Shown here piece by piece: positions 25,381-38,981 of a DNA stretch of 64,000 bases (the first letter of the stretch is position 1; each line of letters begins with the position of its first letter). Source of the DNA: Hormiphora californensis (Eukaryota > Animalia > Ctenophora); contig CM035362.1 of assembly GCA_020137815.1 (NCBI GenBank), forward strand, positions 3,534,001-3,598,000, read 5' to 3'. A program made the position numbers and the translations under genes. A model generated the notes under the pieces. The model searched no databases and was not told the DNA's origin. It saw only the letters and a program-made list of their open reading frames with translations.

Positions 25381-26332
25381 CCTCTCTCTCCCTTCCCGTT
25401 CTCTCTCCCACCTTTCCTTTGTCTCTCTCTTTCTAGATCCCTTCTTACTCTCTGCCTTCTCTCCGTCATCTCCCCCCTCCCCCCCCCCCCCTCTTCTCTC
25501 TCTCTCTGCTCCCTCGTTCTCGCCCGTCTCCCTGATCGTGCTCTCGATCATCTGCATCCTCTCTCCCCTACTCCTCGCTCGCCGTCTCATCTCTTCCTTC
25601 GTCTCTCCATCAGAATCTCTGCTCTCTCCTCGACTCTTCTCTCTCTCTCTCTCTCTCGCCCTCGTGTCTCTCTTCTCTCTCCTCTCTCCCAGTCCATCTA
25701 GATTAACAATGAGGGCGATCACAGTCCAATTATTGGATTTTATTGATCGCAATAATTCCACTTCCCATTTGTCAACTTCAACTCCCCGCCGATCTGGTTG
25801 TGTGCAATGTAGAAAATAAATATAGGGGTTGGGGAGAGAGATATTGAGGGATGAGAGAGCCGATAGAAGGAGAGATAGCAGAGCTAGAGAGATCCGAAGT
25901 ATAAATACTCAAATACTGACTCATAAAATTTAAACTTTGGGTGCAACATAAACTCCTTTGAACACCTTTTCGTGCAACGCCCGAAAGTCCCTTATTAACC
26001 AGCCAGCTTCGTTTAGATTCAGAAATAGTCCCGGAATAGGGTCGCTCATTCCATAATGGGGGTACCAAAGTTGGGTTGAAATTAAATGATTATCGAGAGT
26101 GTTGTGGGGGATTAAATCTGTGTTTTCGCTCGACAACAAACCAGCGGCCGCTTGCAAGCCCTGTCTCGTCTCTAGTTGGGGTGGGGTCTTCTGGGGGGGG
26201 GGGGTCTAATATATGTGTGATGACCATGCGGTAGCTCTCTTCACAGATGCAGATGTTGCGATTCGAGTAATAAATTAGATCCGGGGTAATAAACTTTGGT
26301 TAGGGAATGATTAATAAATACTTTGAGAGACG

Positions 26333-26366
<34 letters not shown>

Positions 26367-27783
26367 TGAGAGAGGNNNNNNNNNNNNNNNNNNNNNNNNN
26401 NNNNNNNNNNNNNNNNNNNNNNNNNNNNNNNNNNNNNNNNNNNNNNNNNNNNNNNNNNNNNNNNNNNNNNNNNNNATCCCTCCCCCCCCTCCTCCGCCGC
26501 TCCCTTTCGTACCTGGCCGGATGCTGCGTCTCGTTACCCGCAAGATGTTCAGCAGGTCAAACGAGAATTTCAGACCTCTACCCTAGATGGTTGGAAGAAA
26601 TCGGAGGTTAACTTGATCCGCAAAAAAAACTATGTTTTTTCTTGAATTCTCGTTGAAAGATGGGGCCAGTCATGTCCCATTTCTTTGACAACCACTCATC
26701 CGTTAACCTCATAACGTGGCAGGGATGTGTCCTCTCGGATGGTCCTCTACAAAGGGATGTAGCGATTTTTTGATATCTGGCCCCCCCGTTCAAAATTTAG
26801 AGGTTAACAATAGAGCCGTTCTGCTAAAAATGCCTGTTACACCTCATAATTTTTGAACGTGGGCAGATATCAAAAATCGCTACATCACTTTTGTAGAGGA
26901 CCATCCGAGGACATCCCTGCAAGTTCTGAGGTTAACGCGATGATTGGTTGGCAAATGAAAGTGCCATGACTGGTCCCAATTTCACCCGAGATATGCAAGA
27001 AAAACATAGTTTTGAGGATCCAAGTTAACCTCCGATTTCTTTCCAAACATTAAGAGTAGGGTCTGAAACTCGTTGAGCTGACCTTGGTAACTAAATCTAT
27101 CATTCAGTACTAAATTTGCGTTGTAGCTATGTGGTTCAATGATACATGAGGTTAACATTAGATTTGGACAAGTTTAACATCATTTTTCTCTGAAACAGTG
27201 CGCACAAAATGCCATTCTGAGCAGACCATCTGGTCCGGCTCTTCGAGCCGGACCAGAGGCCCGAAAGTGACTTTTAAACCCTCGGACCCCCCCTCTGGCT
27301 TAAAGCCCTAAAACTTATAAATTAAATCTTGAATGGAATCATAAATTATGATCCCAATTTGTAACTTCATTAGGTATAGAATAAGGGGGTCGTAAGAACT
27401 GATTTATCGAAATTATCATCAGAGGGCTGAAAGGTCAGCTTAATAAATTGTATTTTGGAATTGGGTGCTTAATATAATCTATTTTCACCGATCGAATCCT
27501 TGATATAAGAACAGAGACGAGGAGGAAACCTGGCGGAAGATATATCTGATAAGAGACGATACGAAACTATGTAGGCGCGCGGCAGGGACTGGCGAAGTGA
27601 CGCTCTTGCGGTGCGCCGACCCCGATCGCGTCGAACTGAGTCTTCGCCGCGGCGGTAGCTACGCGAGCTATATGGTGGGAAGACGGAGACCCTAGAAGGC
27701 ATTGACGTCCTCTGGTGTCATACTCTTTTCCTAATTGGTTTTGTGGCAAAATCTAGAAGGGTGGAAAGAAAACGAAGAAGAGA

Positions 27784-27818
<35 letters not shown>

Positions 27819-28907
27819 AGGGAGAGGAGAGAGAGAGAGAGGAGAGAGAGATTTGAAGGGGCTGACAGGTAACACCGGCCTGGAACGGACAGGACGGATA
27901 AAAAATTGCCCTAAATACTTAACATCGGGACCAACAGTGCACAGCTGCTCGCTAGTTTAGAGTAAAATCGATTTTTTTTCGCTAATACGACCGCTAATGA
28001 TCTATAACGAAATATGTTGTATCAGTGCATGATCATGTGATCATCACCCTTAAACAGTGTCACGTGACCTGCGATCCATGATCATGTGGGTCCTAAAAAT
28101 ACTCTGTAGTAGTAGCTTAGTTGTAGATTGGATAGCTGGGAATATATTTTTCTAATCCTGCTAAGCATGCTATACCAAGTGGAATAAAGGGTCCATAACC
28201 ATCGGTGAAAAACATACCAAGAATGCTTTCTGTCTGTGATCATGTCTGTCATGTCTGCTATCATTTAGGTCACGTGACTGATTATCAGCCAATCAGGGAC
28301 CAGTATTTCCTGATTCCGTCCTCTGTAACAATAACCTGACTTTGACGGAGACCCGTGACGTGCAGCAGCCTGAAGGTGCTGATGGTGGTGACTGGCGGCA
28401 GATATTGCCGTGGGCAGTAGCCTGCTTTCCAGGTTGGTCTGGGTTAGGTAGGGATGGTGTTGGTGGAGGAGTTGAACTTGGTGTTGCTGATCTTTCAGCT
28501 TTTGTACCTGCACAGGGAATGGCGGGGATGAGGATTTGGGAAATTGCTGAACATGTAACATGTCATTTAAATACCTCCCGTATATTTTAAACTTATGTAC
28601 GGTACGTGATTGAATATTCAGAATATATCTTTTTCTATGTAACCCTCATTGTTTCAAACGCAACGTCATAAAAAAGTAGCTCATGAACATAAAACTTTGA
28701 TCGCGAAGAAGAATATAACAAAGAATTAATTTATTAATTTCGAATTAAATTCGAATTAATCACCTCATTGTAAAGTTGTTGGCTGCGATTGAAATCCTTG
28801 AACCCGAGGATTCCCTCGATATTGTATGTTACAGCAGGACTTGGCCCACTCGGCTCCTTCAACCCTCCTGTTTCACTAACTGAACTTCTCAAGGCACTTT
28901 CTGTCAT
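12619..28907 (-). CDS. PRD-class Q50 homeobox transcription factor with octapeptide and OAR motif (Arx/aristaless-like)
   Basis: Minus-strand exons: 28907-28764 ([11 protein letters not shown] octapeptide), 28507-28336 (His/Gln-rich), 20988-20893 ([32 protein letters not shown]), 19454-19336 ([12 protein letters not shown], after the PRD-typical intron between homeodomain residues 46 and 47), 19186-19085, 13803-13665, 12882-12619 ([15 protein letters not shown]-like, stop). The exon for the homeodomain N-terminal arm was not found intact; it should lie in the noisy or gapped 21-28.3 kb region. Confidence 0.88.
13390..13498 (+). mobile_element. MITE family A
   Basis: Full length; no recognisable TSD. 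Confidence 0.85.
13820..14980. repeat. G-rich intronic satellite (GAGAAGGGGGTTAGGGA variants) with partial exon copies
   Basis: Variable units of about 12-27 bp. The transcribed (minus) strand reads CCCTAACCCCCTTCTC. Confidence 0.9.
16655..16687 (+). mobile_element. Helitron-like 3' terminus (5' end not located)
   Basis: Hairpin TTCGCCC-GTA-GGGCGAA followed shortly by CTAG|T. Confidence 0.45.
16956..17064 (-). mobile_element. MITE family A
   Basis: Full TIRs; 8-bp TSD GAATAAAA. Confidence 0.9.
18106..18700. repeat. 21-22 bp minisatellite GGG(T/C)GGGG(G)ACTTAGCAGAACA
   Basis: About 27 tandem units within a homeobox intron. Confidence 0.95.
18951..19059 (+). mobile_element. MITE family A
   Basis: Full length; no TSD seen; 25 nt from a homeobox exon donor. 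Confidence 0.85.
20761..20869 (+). mobile_element. MITE family A
   Basis: Full TIRs; 8-bp TSD GTTTATGT. Confidence 0.9.
21078..21180. repeat. 11-bp tandem repeat (GAGAATACGCA)
   Basis: About 9 units. Confidence 0.9.
22477..23770. mobile_element. Fold-back (long inverted repeat) element with TA flanks
   Basis: TA|CTGTGTGATTTTAAATGACTGAGAC.. and its reverse complement ending ..AATCACACAG|TA. Arms are about 600 bp around a (GA)n centre. Confidence 0.8.
26376..26475. other. Assembly gap (100 N)
   Basis: Run of N. Confidence 1.
26535..27090. repeat. Imperfect long inverted repeat (probable fold-back element in noisy sequence)
   Basis: Paired segments such as GAAATCGGAGGTTAACTTG / CAAGTTAACCTCCGATTTC and GGATGGTCCTCTACAAA / TTTGTAGAGGACCATCC; centre at about 26820. 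Confidence 0.65.
28263..28316 (+). mobile_element. MITE family A fragment
   Basis: ATTTAGGTCACGTGACTG..CAGTATTTCCTGATTC core. Confidence 0.8.
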
Positions 28908-29366
28908 GGTGATTGTAGCTAAATTGGGGAGAGAATTCTTGCTCAGATCTTATTTACTATTATTCATAATAAAGGGGAGAGACAATATATTACTTTGTTA
29001 TAAAGGGGGGATAATTGTGTTTTTTGAGAAATCAAACCGGCGGGGACAAGTATATTATATACAAGCTGAAAAAAGTACATTCGAAAAGTCAGTCTCAACA
29101 AGTTGAAGTTGGAGAGAAAGAGAGAAAAAAGAGAAAAGAGAGGGAGATAAAAAGAAAAGTTAGTCCCAAATTATACGAGGGGGGGGGGAATGTTGTAATT
29201 GAATCTTTGTGGGAGAAATTCTCTCAGCTGAGTTGCGTTCCACCAGGTGGATAGATAATTCCCTAAATTGTCTCTATTTCGGATAATTTAATCATTGAAA
29301 AATGGGAAAATTGGACACATTATCTAATCTATCGTTTCTCTCGTTTCTCTCTCTCTCTCTCTCGTT

Positions 29367-29415
<49 letters not shown>

Positions 29416-29759
29416 TCTCTCTCTCTCTCCCTCCCAGTCATAAGGCATCATCTCGAATGACTGTATTTGATCATGTCCCGTCATGCTGCGAACCCGTAAT
29501 GCCGTCTCGAATAACATCCAAAACAAAAAACAGATTAACAAAATATATATAATATATAACATAATATAATATATAATATACGATCATATTATTGAGTTAT
29601 TATATATGATCTAAGACTGCATAGTTATGCTTATCGAATATATATTCTCGCCTAGGAGAAACCCAACAAGTAGTAGCTGCAAACCGACCCTGTCGATAAA
29701 TCATACTTGTCAGGCAATGAATGTAATATATCATGTACGCTGCTCGAATTACATTATAT

Positions 29760-29867
29760 CAGGAACCGACCGAATCAGGAAATACTGGTCCCTGATTGGC
29801 TGATAACCAGTCACGTGACCTAAATAACGATTTCTGATTGGTTGTTTACTTGTGTCGGTCGGTTCCT
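29760..29867 (-). mobile_element. MITE family A
   Basis: Near full length; about 850 bp upstream of the homeobox ATG. Confidence 0.85.
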
Positions 29868-30686
29868 TATATTTACATTAAATTAATGTGACCCTCGCAA
29901 GACTCTCATAAAAAACAAAAATTAATCAATAATCGTGTTTGTGTTAGCAAAGTGGTTCGGAGGAAGCATAATAATTATAACATCTATCTATTTTTGTGCA
30001 TGATATAATTTACGGAGGTCAGAGTCGGACCAACGCCCCAAGAATTAATCGATTATTATATCCTAATTAATATCATGCTATAATTCAATGAACGTGATGG
30101 AACGATAATTTTATTTTTCTATGGCCGCGACCGGGGATCGATCCCGTTATAATAATTGTTACCAGACTGGCAAATCACATTAAAATCAATAACGCAATTC
30201 AGACAGCGAGAGAGAGAGATTAGAGACTGTCATTTCGCATTAGCCATTCTCATTTGGTTACCATGGTAACAGTTATATTCAAATATATTCATAGGAAATT
30301 AACTAATTATAAGTCCCTTATAGCTAGGTCCCAAATACAATATATATCGGAAATTAACCCATGTCCAATGCAGCAGTTAGAACCAAGAATTGAATCAAAC
30401 ACAACAGCTCCCAACACACGGCATATTATAGTCGCATACTACGTGCTACAATTATTGGTATTCTCTCTTAACACCATTGATGAGAGATAGAACCTACTGG
30501 AGATTTGCAGCACGGCTGACAGCCAATCACAAGCCAGTATTCTAATCACGTGACAGGTTTCGACCAATCAGGAGCCGCCCTTAAACGTGGTCACGTGGCT
30601 GTTTGGTTGTGTGTGAGCAGGGCAAGGTAGGCTTACAGAAGCTTGTTTTTATTATCATGTGCAGGCATGGAGTTAGGAAGAAGGAT

Positions 30687-30757
<71 letters not shown>

Positions 30758-31563
30758 GAGAGAGTGAGAGAGTGAGATAGAGAGGTTAAGTGATATAGAA
30801 AGATACTTAGAGAGAGAGAGAGTGATATAGAAAAAGGTAGAGATAGAAAAAGGCATACCTAGATAGAAAACGATGGAGAGAGAGGGAAAGAGAGAGTGAG
30901 GAATTGAGAATTATAACTTTGCAACTATAACTCCACGAGCGTTTTAGAAAGCCAAGCAGGCCAGTATATATCGATCCATAGAAGTTTAACAGCTGTCGAG
31001 TCTGTGGACACGTGTATACTTAATTCAACAACACGGTCTACCTTGGCTCATAAGACCGTCCTCTTCGCACCGGGCCGAAGTAATTGCGGGGTGCGCGATG
31101 TACCTACAGCCAGTGCATGACAAGGTCCACCCTGCTTATAACGTACTTGCTTTGCTCGACCCTCACCCCCCCCCCCTACTATGCTGCTATTTGGGGTGTC
31201 ACACGGCCAACGTATGGTCACACTGAGGGTCAATGTTGGCAATCTCGAGAACATTGAAAATGGGAACATTTCAGAAGTCCCTGATTCCCAGCGAGATCGG
31301 CATTCCTCCCTGAGATACACACAACAAGTCATATGGCAAAAAAAGTCAAGCGATGATAATAATATAGGGAATAATGAGGAAGTGTCCTTATACTGACAAA
31401 TCATTTAGTAACTATGCAGAGAGACATTAAAAATGGGAATATTGCTGCACATTTGAGTAACATATATTAATTGAGCAGGACGGGAAATAAGGCCGAGAGA
31501 GAGAGAAAAGAGAGGGATCAGAGAAAGAGAGAGACAAAAGGGGAAATGAGTGGGAGTGAGACG

Positions 31564-31665
<102 letters not shown>

Positions 31666-34600
31666 AATTAAGTGTGGGAGGGAGATTTTGAGACATACTG
31701 CACTCTAAGGGTTTGCATAAATCACTATGCTAGCTACGCTAAACATTCTCAAAATGTGACAATTCGGGGGAAGAAGAAGCCATCAATAATAATTACAGTC
31801 ATGGCCATAAAACGAGACGGCGTCAAAAAATTATTTGATTCACGTATTAGGATATGTAATTTAATCACTGCCTTTAAATTCTTTCAATCTGCAATACGTA
31901 GTCACTGAAGGATTTCTGACTGCTCGAAACACGTAAGAAGATAACATTCTGTGTGAACTCTCTTGCGGTGAGATCAGTGATTAATAAAGTTGATTAGGGG
32001 GAATATCAAACTTGCGGTCAATTCAATCAAATTAAATCACGAGAAGAACTATAATAAAATATGATCTCGAGGCAGCAGAAGTTCCGAGAAAAGTTCAGCA
32101 GCAACCGAAAAGAAAAACAACCAGCTAGATAAATTAAATGAAGACAAATTGTTAAAACAGATGGCCAAGTACTGACTTGTTGTGATCCGTGAACACACCT
32201 CTCCCCCACTGCTGCACGGCAGCCCACGCGCTACTCAACAGTATGTCACGTGACTGCTGAGGGGCGCGTGGTCACGTGACCACTACTCCCCGGGGGTGCG
32301 CGGCTAGTAAAGGGAGAGCGGGGGGTAAAAAGGGGAAATGGGGGAGAGGGGGGAGGAAGGGGGGAAAGAGAGAGGAAGGGAAGAGAGGAGGGGGAGGAGA
32401 GGAAGAGAGGGGGAAAGGAAGGGGGGTAGGGGGGGGGGAAAGTGTAAAAAGCACTGGAGGAAAAAGAAAAAGGAAAGGGGGGAGCAAAAAAGCAATTTTT
32501 AAGTGTAAAAAAACCTTTTGGGATCAAAAAACTCTGAAATGATTTCCCTTTCCCATAAATAAAGGGATCAAAATGTTTAAATTTTAAAAGGGAAGGTTCA
32601 GTCAACTGGGAAAATCGCCTCTGGGGAGAAGAGGACCATGAAACCGAGAGGAGAGAAAAGGAGGAGAAAGAGTGTGGTTGTGAGTAAAATTAGAAAGGGT
32701 CTCAAAATTTCGGAAAAAACCGCCATTACAGGGGGGCTTAAAAAGGGGGTTAGTTAAAAGGTACTTTTCCACCCTTTACTCCACTCCCATCTTTATTCCA
32801 TCCCCACCCCCCCCACCCCACCCCAACCCCCCCACCCCAAACCCACCCCACCCCCCCATCCCCCACCGCACCCCACCATTTACCCCCCCCCACCCCCCCG
32901 CACACCACATGGTATTTTAATTCTAATGTGTGATGGGACTGAGTGGAATAAAATCTATCAAACGTGTTAAAAATTTAAAATATTCGAAATTCCTGGATTT
33001 AAAAAAAAAGGCCCCCACGCGGGCCTAAATGGTAATCTTTTTTTAAAACGAAGGGGGTATTTTACTTTTTAGGGGCCAATCACGTATTTTGAAAAAATTA
33101 TATTTGCTTTTTCTATTCCTTTTTTACCTTTAAAAGAAACGTTTAAAATGGGAAATTTTTTTAATAAAATAATTTTGGGTTTGTTTAAACCTTGTTTTCT
33201 TATCCCCCTTTTCTTATCTAACCGGAAGAAAATGTATTTTTTTGGACTGGGTAAAGCCAATAAGCGAAAACTGCAAGGATAGGAAAGTAGACAAATGAAA
33301 GGAAAAATAGGGACCGCAAATAATAAAATTAAAATAGAAAAAATAGTGGTTGACGAAATCGAGTCGGGTGAGGGGGAAGAGAGGGGGAAGGGGGGGGTTA
33401 GGGAGGGGAGAGAGAAGAGAGAAGAAAAGTGGGGGGGGGGGGGGTAAAGAAAATGGAGAACTCATGTAGGGGGGTTTTTCCTTCCACTAGGACCCCTTGG
33501 AGATAAAGGGAGGAAAAGGGGGAAAAGGGGAAGAGAGGGGAAAGAGGGAGAGGGGAAGAGAGAAAAGAGGGAAAATAAGGAGAGAAAAGAAGAGCATACC
33601 GAATGAGGTGGGGGTTGGGGTTGTAGGGCTTTTGGTGTGTCCCCCGGGGGGTTTGGGGGGGTGGGGGAAAAAGAGAGAAAAAGGGGGTGGGGAGTCGTAT
33701 CAGTTTTTTGGGTGAGAATGTATGAGTAGGGACTTTCTAATTCGCAAAAAAAGGGGTGCCCGCGAATCAACAAATTAATGTGACAATGTGACGAAACAGA
33801 TGAGGGGTGTCTGCATAGTATGTTTGTAATGATTTTTAAAGGGGGGAGGGGGAAATCACGTACAAATTAAGCGTGGTCAGCGCCCAAAGAAACGTTTTTT
33901 TGTGGTTCCGCCCGGGTTTTTTTAGCTAAAAGTCTTATTTTGTCATTTGGGGGTCGGGTTTGACTGTTTTGGTTAGGTTTTTTAAGCTGCTGGTTTTTAA
34001 ATTTTTCCCTTGAGTCGGTTAGTATACGTGTATACTTTCACGTTAATTGAGTGGACTTGGTAGGTAAGGGGGGGGGCCATTCCCCAAAAAATAGCCAAAA
34101 ACCACTGGAATTGGGGTTCCCCGTTTTTTGTGTATCTGGATTAACTCAAAAAAAAACAGAAAGGCATTTGGAGATAAAGGGGGGGGGGCGGGGCCCCCCT
34201 CCTATTCCCCAACCCCTGGTCTCTGAATACGAAACCCAGTAGATTACTTGTATTGTTTTTTCTATGGGGGCGGGGGAGGTGGCAAAAGACAATAGAATAT
34301 AAAAAACTTGATCTACCCAACACCACACACCCGTACCCAAAAGGGGGCCTCATTTAAAATTTTTTGAATCCCAAATTTATGTTTTTTCGTAGAAAAGGGG
34401 AGACTCCTTTTATTAAAAAAAAATACCAGTTAAGTTGAGAAAATAAAGTATAAATGATGTGCAAAAAAAAAAAAATTTAAAAATGAATTTCACTTTTCAT
34501 AAAAAAGCACTTTGTTTTTATGATAAATTTCTAATCCTTTGTTTTTTTAAATTTTCATTCAAAAAAGAGGTTGCCCCTGCGAAAATTTTTTTAAAAGATC

Positions 34601-37600
34601 ACAGACTACCAGAGTAATATTTAAGGCTCAACAAAACGAAGACTTCAACCCCGTACATTGTTACCATGCATTTTAAAATGGTACGGGGACCATGGGAAAA
34701 AGGGGGTCGTACCACCGATTTTTTTTTGAAACAAAAATCTGGTTTAGATCGGGGAGGCGCGGGAGGCCTCCCAATTTTTTGGGGCTCCGCCAAATTCATG
34801 CCCATTTTTTGTAACGGGGAAAAGTCAAAAAAGGTTTTTGCTTGAAAAAAGTATAGCACATTAAAATTTGTCATTATTTTTTGAAACTATAATTTGGAGA
34901 TGAAATCCGTCAAATTTGTCCTTTTTTTTCTACATCGTATCCCTACATCCTTTGGCTTTTTTGAAGACCCCCCCCCCAAATTGAAGAATCGAAGCACAAA
35001 ATCGAAGAGGCCGAGGCGTGCTCATAAAGAAACCCGAAACACAAAACTAAAAATCTGATTCTGACAAACTGACAATCTGATTCTGTACATGCGTAGGGCA
35101 ATCTGTGCAGTGAAGCATATTATACAACAGTGATACGTGTTTATGTTAAATTGTTTCTCCCTTTCTGAAAATCCCGCCGGGGGGCCCAAATCCCCTTGCA
35201 GTACCTACCATCTAATCAGTATCAAATGTTCGACACATAAATCTACCTAATTCGATAATTGATATCAAATGCCCCTCCCAGCTCCCGTGTTTTTTTTTTC
35301 GAGGGAACTGGTACGGAATTTGCTGCCGAATTGAAAATATTAACCCACCCTTTTGGCTTTGGTTTCATGCACTTATTAATTCGCCCTCGACTTCCCGGGG
35401 AACCCGACTCACCGGAAACCCGATATAACGGAACCCCGATTTACCGAAAGGAAAATTTTCCCCCGATATCCGGGCCACCCCGGGTAAAACCCTTTTACTT
35501 ATTTTATTTATTTCCCCCGAGTATTAATTCGCCTTGGTTTTAATAAAAAGGGGGGAGTAAATAAAATAATAAAAAATAATGGTGGAGAAAAATAAAAAAA
35601 AATTTAAAAAAAATAATATCCCAAATTATAACTACGCCTGCCCATAACTTAACGAATGACGACAGTTTATACGAAAACTTTTGGTGGCCCTATCACAGTT
35701 AGATTCTCATCTGCTTTGGGATCCAATCTCTAGCTCAACTCTAGAATTGTACATAAGTAACTTTGTTTTGTTCAAACCCTATAATAGGCACATGCTGCCT
35801 ATTAGGGTTTTTAACAAAATGCATGAGTTCGAGAAGTGGGTTGGTAAGTTTTGAGAAGATGGGGGGTCTTATAAAAATTGAGTAACATATCAACCCAAAT
35901 AAAAGTCTGGTTATACGGATATTTGCATATTATGATGCGATGAATAAAAGTGCCAAACTTTTTTTAAGGGGGAAGTCAGTATTTTGTATCCTTCTATCCG
36001 GCCCGTGGGGTTTTATTTTGGGGTGAAATTTTGAAATGGGCTTGATCAGGTGTGATTCATAAAAAACCCCAAAATTTTTAAAAAGGTAAGAAGGGGGAAG
36101 GGGGAAGAAACAGAAGAGAGAGAGAACCTTTAGCTGAAATTTTTGAGAGTCTTGCCCAAATTTAGAAAGGGTGATCTGCTGAAAGGGCCCCCGCCCTTTT
36201 AAAACACTATTTAAAATTCGATAAGTTTTTGTGTGGGGGGTAAAAGTCCTTTAGTGGAACATTAACATTTTGGGAAACGCCAAAAAAATCAAACTGTTAA
36301 GAAAATTTGAAGAAATAAAAATCTTTTTTTTTAAACCCCAAAAAAAAAAAATTTAAAAGCGGCATAAGGGTTTTTATTTTTTTCCTTTTCCGGGGGAAAA
36401 AAATGATAGACGGTTATTGTATTGTAGAAGAACGCAAATTGAATAATTTAGAAAGGGGGGGGGAATCATATTATAAACCCCTGCCCCCCCTTTTTTTAAA
36501 AAAAAATTTTTGTCGACAATTTTAACATTTTGGGGATATATGGAAATTACATGTGCATCAGAACAAAGACTTTGTCTTCTGTCTTTTTTTTCTCTCTCTC
36601 TCACTGTCTCTCTCAGTCCCTCTCTTTTCCCCTCCATCTCCCCTAAACAATTTTAGGGAAAATATTTGGGGGCTTTTACTTCGCTTTTACAGCCAACTTA
36701 CCCCCAATAAAATGTTGATGTTCAAAAAAATCGGGGGTTTAGGAAAACAATTGTTTGGGGCCGGGAGCTCTTCAGTTTCAAAAGGGTTCTCACTGCTGAG
36801 GATCGACTCCCTAAACTAACACAGTATAATGCTGATGTTGCACACATAATTTACATGTTCTAATGCGGGCTGAAAAGAAATGAAAATTAAATTATTATAG
36901 AATAAAATTAACGGAACGGCACTAATATAAATACGCGACTCCATTCACTTGTACCGTTACGGGGCGGCGGGGCCATTGAGATCAAAGGCACATGATCATC
37001 AATTGTCCGTCGGATTAATTATTACTAATTATATATAGGGAGTTAGGGCAAGAGGGAGAGAAAAAGGTAGGGAGTATAAAAGGGAGAGAAGGGGAGATCA
37101 GAGAGAGAGAGATTATATTTTTTGTCATATTTTAACATCGTAAAGAGACGCCTCCCATTTTAAACACTCACAGAATGCCAGAAAGGATAATAATTTAATT
37201 ATTATTAATTAAATATTAATCATATACCCGGGGGACCCCGTTTACCGGGGCCCTGATTACCGGACCCCCGATTACCGGGGAGGATTTCTTTCCCCCCCCT
37301 TTTTTTTTAAAATTTTTCGAATTTTTGGCCATTTTGGTAAACTTGCATTTTTGAAATTCGCTGGGTTTCAAGGGGGATCACGTATCGTTCGTTTCGAACC
37401 GTCAATTAGCGGCAGGAAAACTGATAAATGCACCGTTTTCAAAACACGATTCGACGTGGCTGGAAAAACCTTTAAAAAAACTTTTTTTTTTCAAAATTTT
37501 ACAAAATCTTTTGGTAAATCCCTTTATCATGCTCCCCGAAAATTTTTCAGAGAAAAAGTTTTTTTTAAAATTTTTGAATTTCCCTCCCCCGTTTTAGGGT

Positions 37601-38188
37601 GCCCAGATTGGGCATGGTATCACTATCGGTTCTTTTTCGAACCGTCTAATTAGGGGCGGGGCACGTGATAATGCCCGATTCAAAACACGTTCGAACGTGG
37701 TTTTTTTATAAAACCCTTAAAAAAATTTCAAAACTTTTTTTGCAAAATTTTACAAACCCTTGGGTAAAGGGTTTTGACGGGGGCCCCCCCGAAAAATTTT
37801 TTTTCAAAAAAGTTATTTTGAAATTTTTTATACTTCCTCCCCCCCTTTTAAAGGGTTTGCCCAGATTCGGCATGGTTCCCCGTATGGGTTTCTTTTCAAA
37901 CCGTCTAATTAGCGGCAGGACATGCGAAAAAAGGGGCACCGATTCAAACACGATGGGACCGGGGGGGGGTTTTAAACCCTTAAAAAAGTTTTAACCATTT
38001 TTTTAAATTTTTAAAAAAATTTTTCTTTTTCAAAGGGACAAAAGCATGATCATATTATATTGTCATCAAAAAATTGAAAAAATACTATACAGTTGTTTTT
38101 CTTGGTAAAAATTTTTTTGGGAAAAAGTGGGATTTAGGGGTTTAAAATATATGCTCTCAACCCCGATATACCGGGCACCCCGATTTAC

Positions 38189-38981
38189 TAGTAGAGTCGA
38201 TAACTACATCGACCTCTCCCAATTGTTCCAGTTTTTGTCACATCTGTTTGGAGCCTCGACACGACCTCTAAACAGGTGTTACTTTTTCACAAACTGTTTT
38301 CATCTTGGTGTAATCAGCAGTTGAAATGTTGCTAATCATAACAAAAACCTGACTAAATTTTTTCAACTTGGGGTAAAACCATGGGTGTCAAAAGTTAGCT
38401 CTAGATCCCCTGAGTAACCATCCGGAGACTCTAAGAGATATTTCAAGCCGTTCTCCTGTAATCATTAATCCCGGTAGAGCACATATTTGAGTATGGACGT
38501 ACGTGCAATTGCCTACAACCTCAACTTTAATGTATAACGTTAATGTGCGTCTCTCTCTTTTCTCCCCCTTGAGAAAGAGTTATCTCGCGCGGCGCAACCG
38601 CACGTGCGGTTTTTCCAGAGAGAGTGAGAGACATACAATAACATGTAAACAGCCTGCCAGCGCTCACGTACGTCCGCATTGTATTTTTTTCTCCACCGGG
38701 ATTAATGATTACGGGAGAACGGCTTGAAATATCTCTTAGAGTCTCCGGATGGTTACTCAGGGGATCTAGAGCTAACTTTTGACACCCATGGTTTTACCCC
38801 AAGTTGAAAAAATTTAGTCAGGTTTTTGTTATGATTAGCAACATTTCAACTGCTGATTACACCAAGATGAAAACAGTTTGTGAAAAAGTAACACCTGTTT
38901 AGAGGTCGTGTCGAGGCTCCAAACAGATGTGACAAAAACTGGAACAATTGGGAGAGGTCGATGTAGTTATCGACTCTACTA
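38189..38981. mobile_element. Academ-like non-autonomous DNA transposon
   Basis: Termini TAGTAGAGTCG..CGACTCTACTA, near-perfect TIRs of about 290 bp, and a 3-bp TSD TAC. TAG/CTA ends with a short TSD are the Academ signature. It is nested in a family B MITE. Confidence 0.75.

Noticed and set aside
27469-27749. GC-rich minus-strand ORFs as a further homeobox exon
   Set aside because: Possibly a garbled exon, but splice sites and frame cannot be established.
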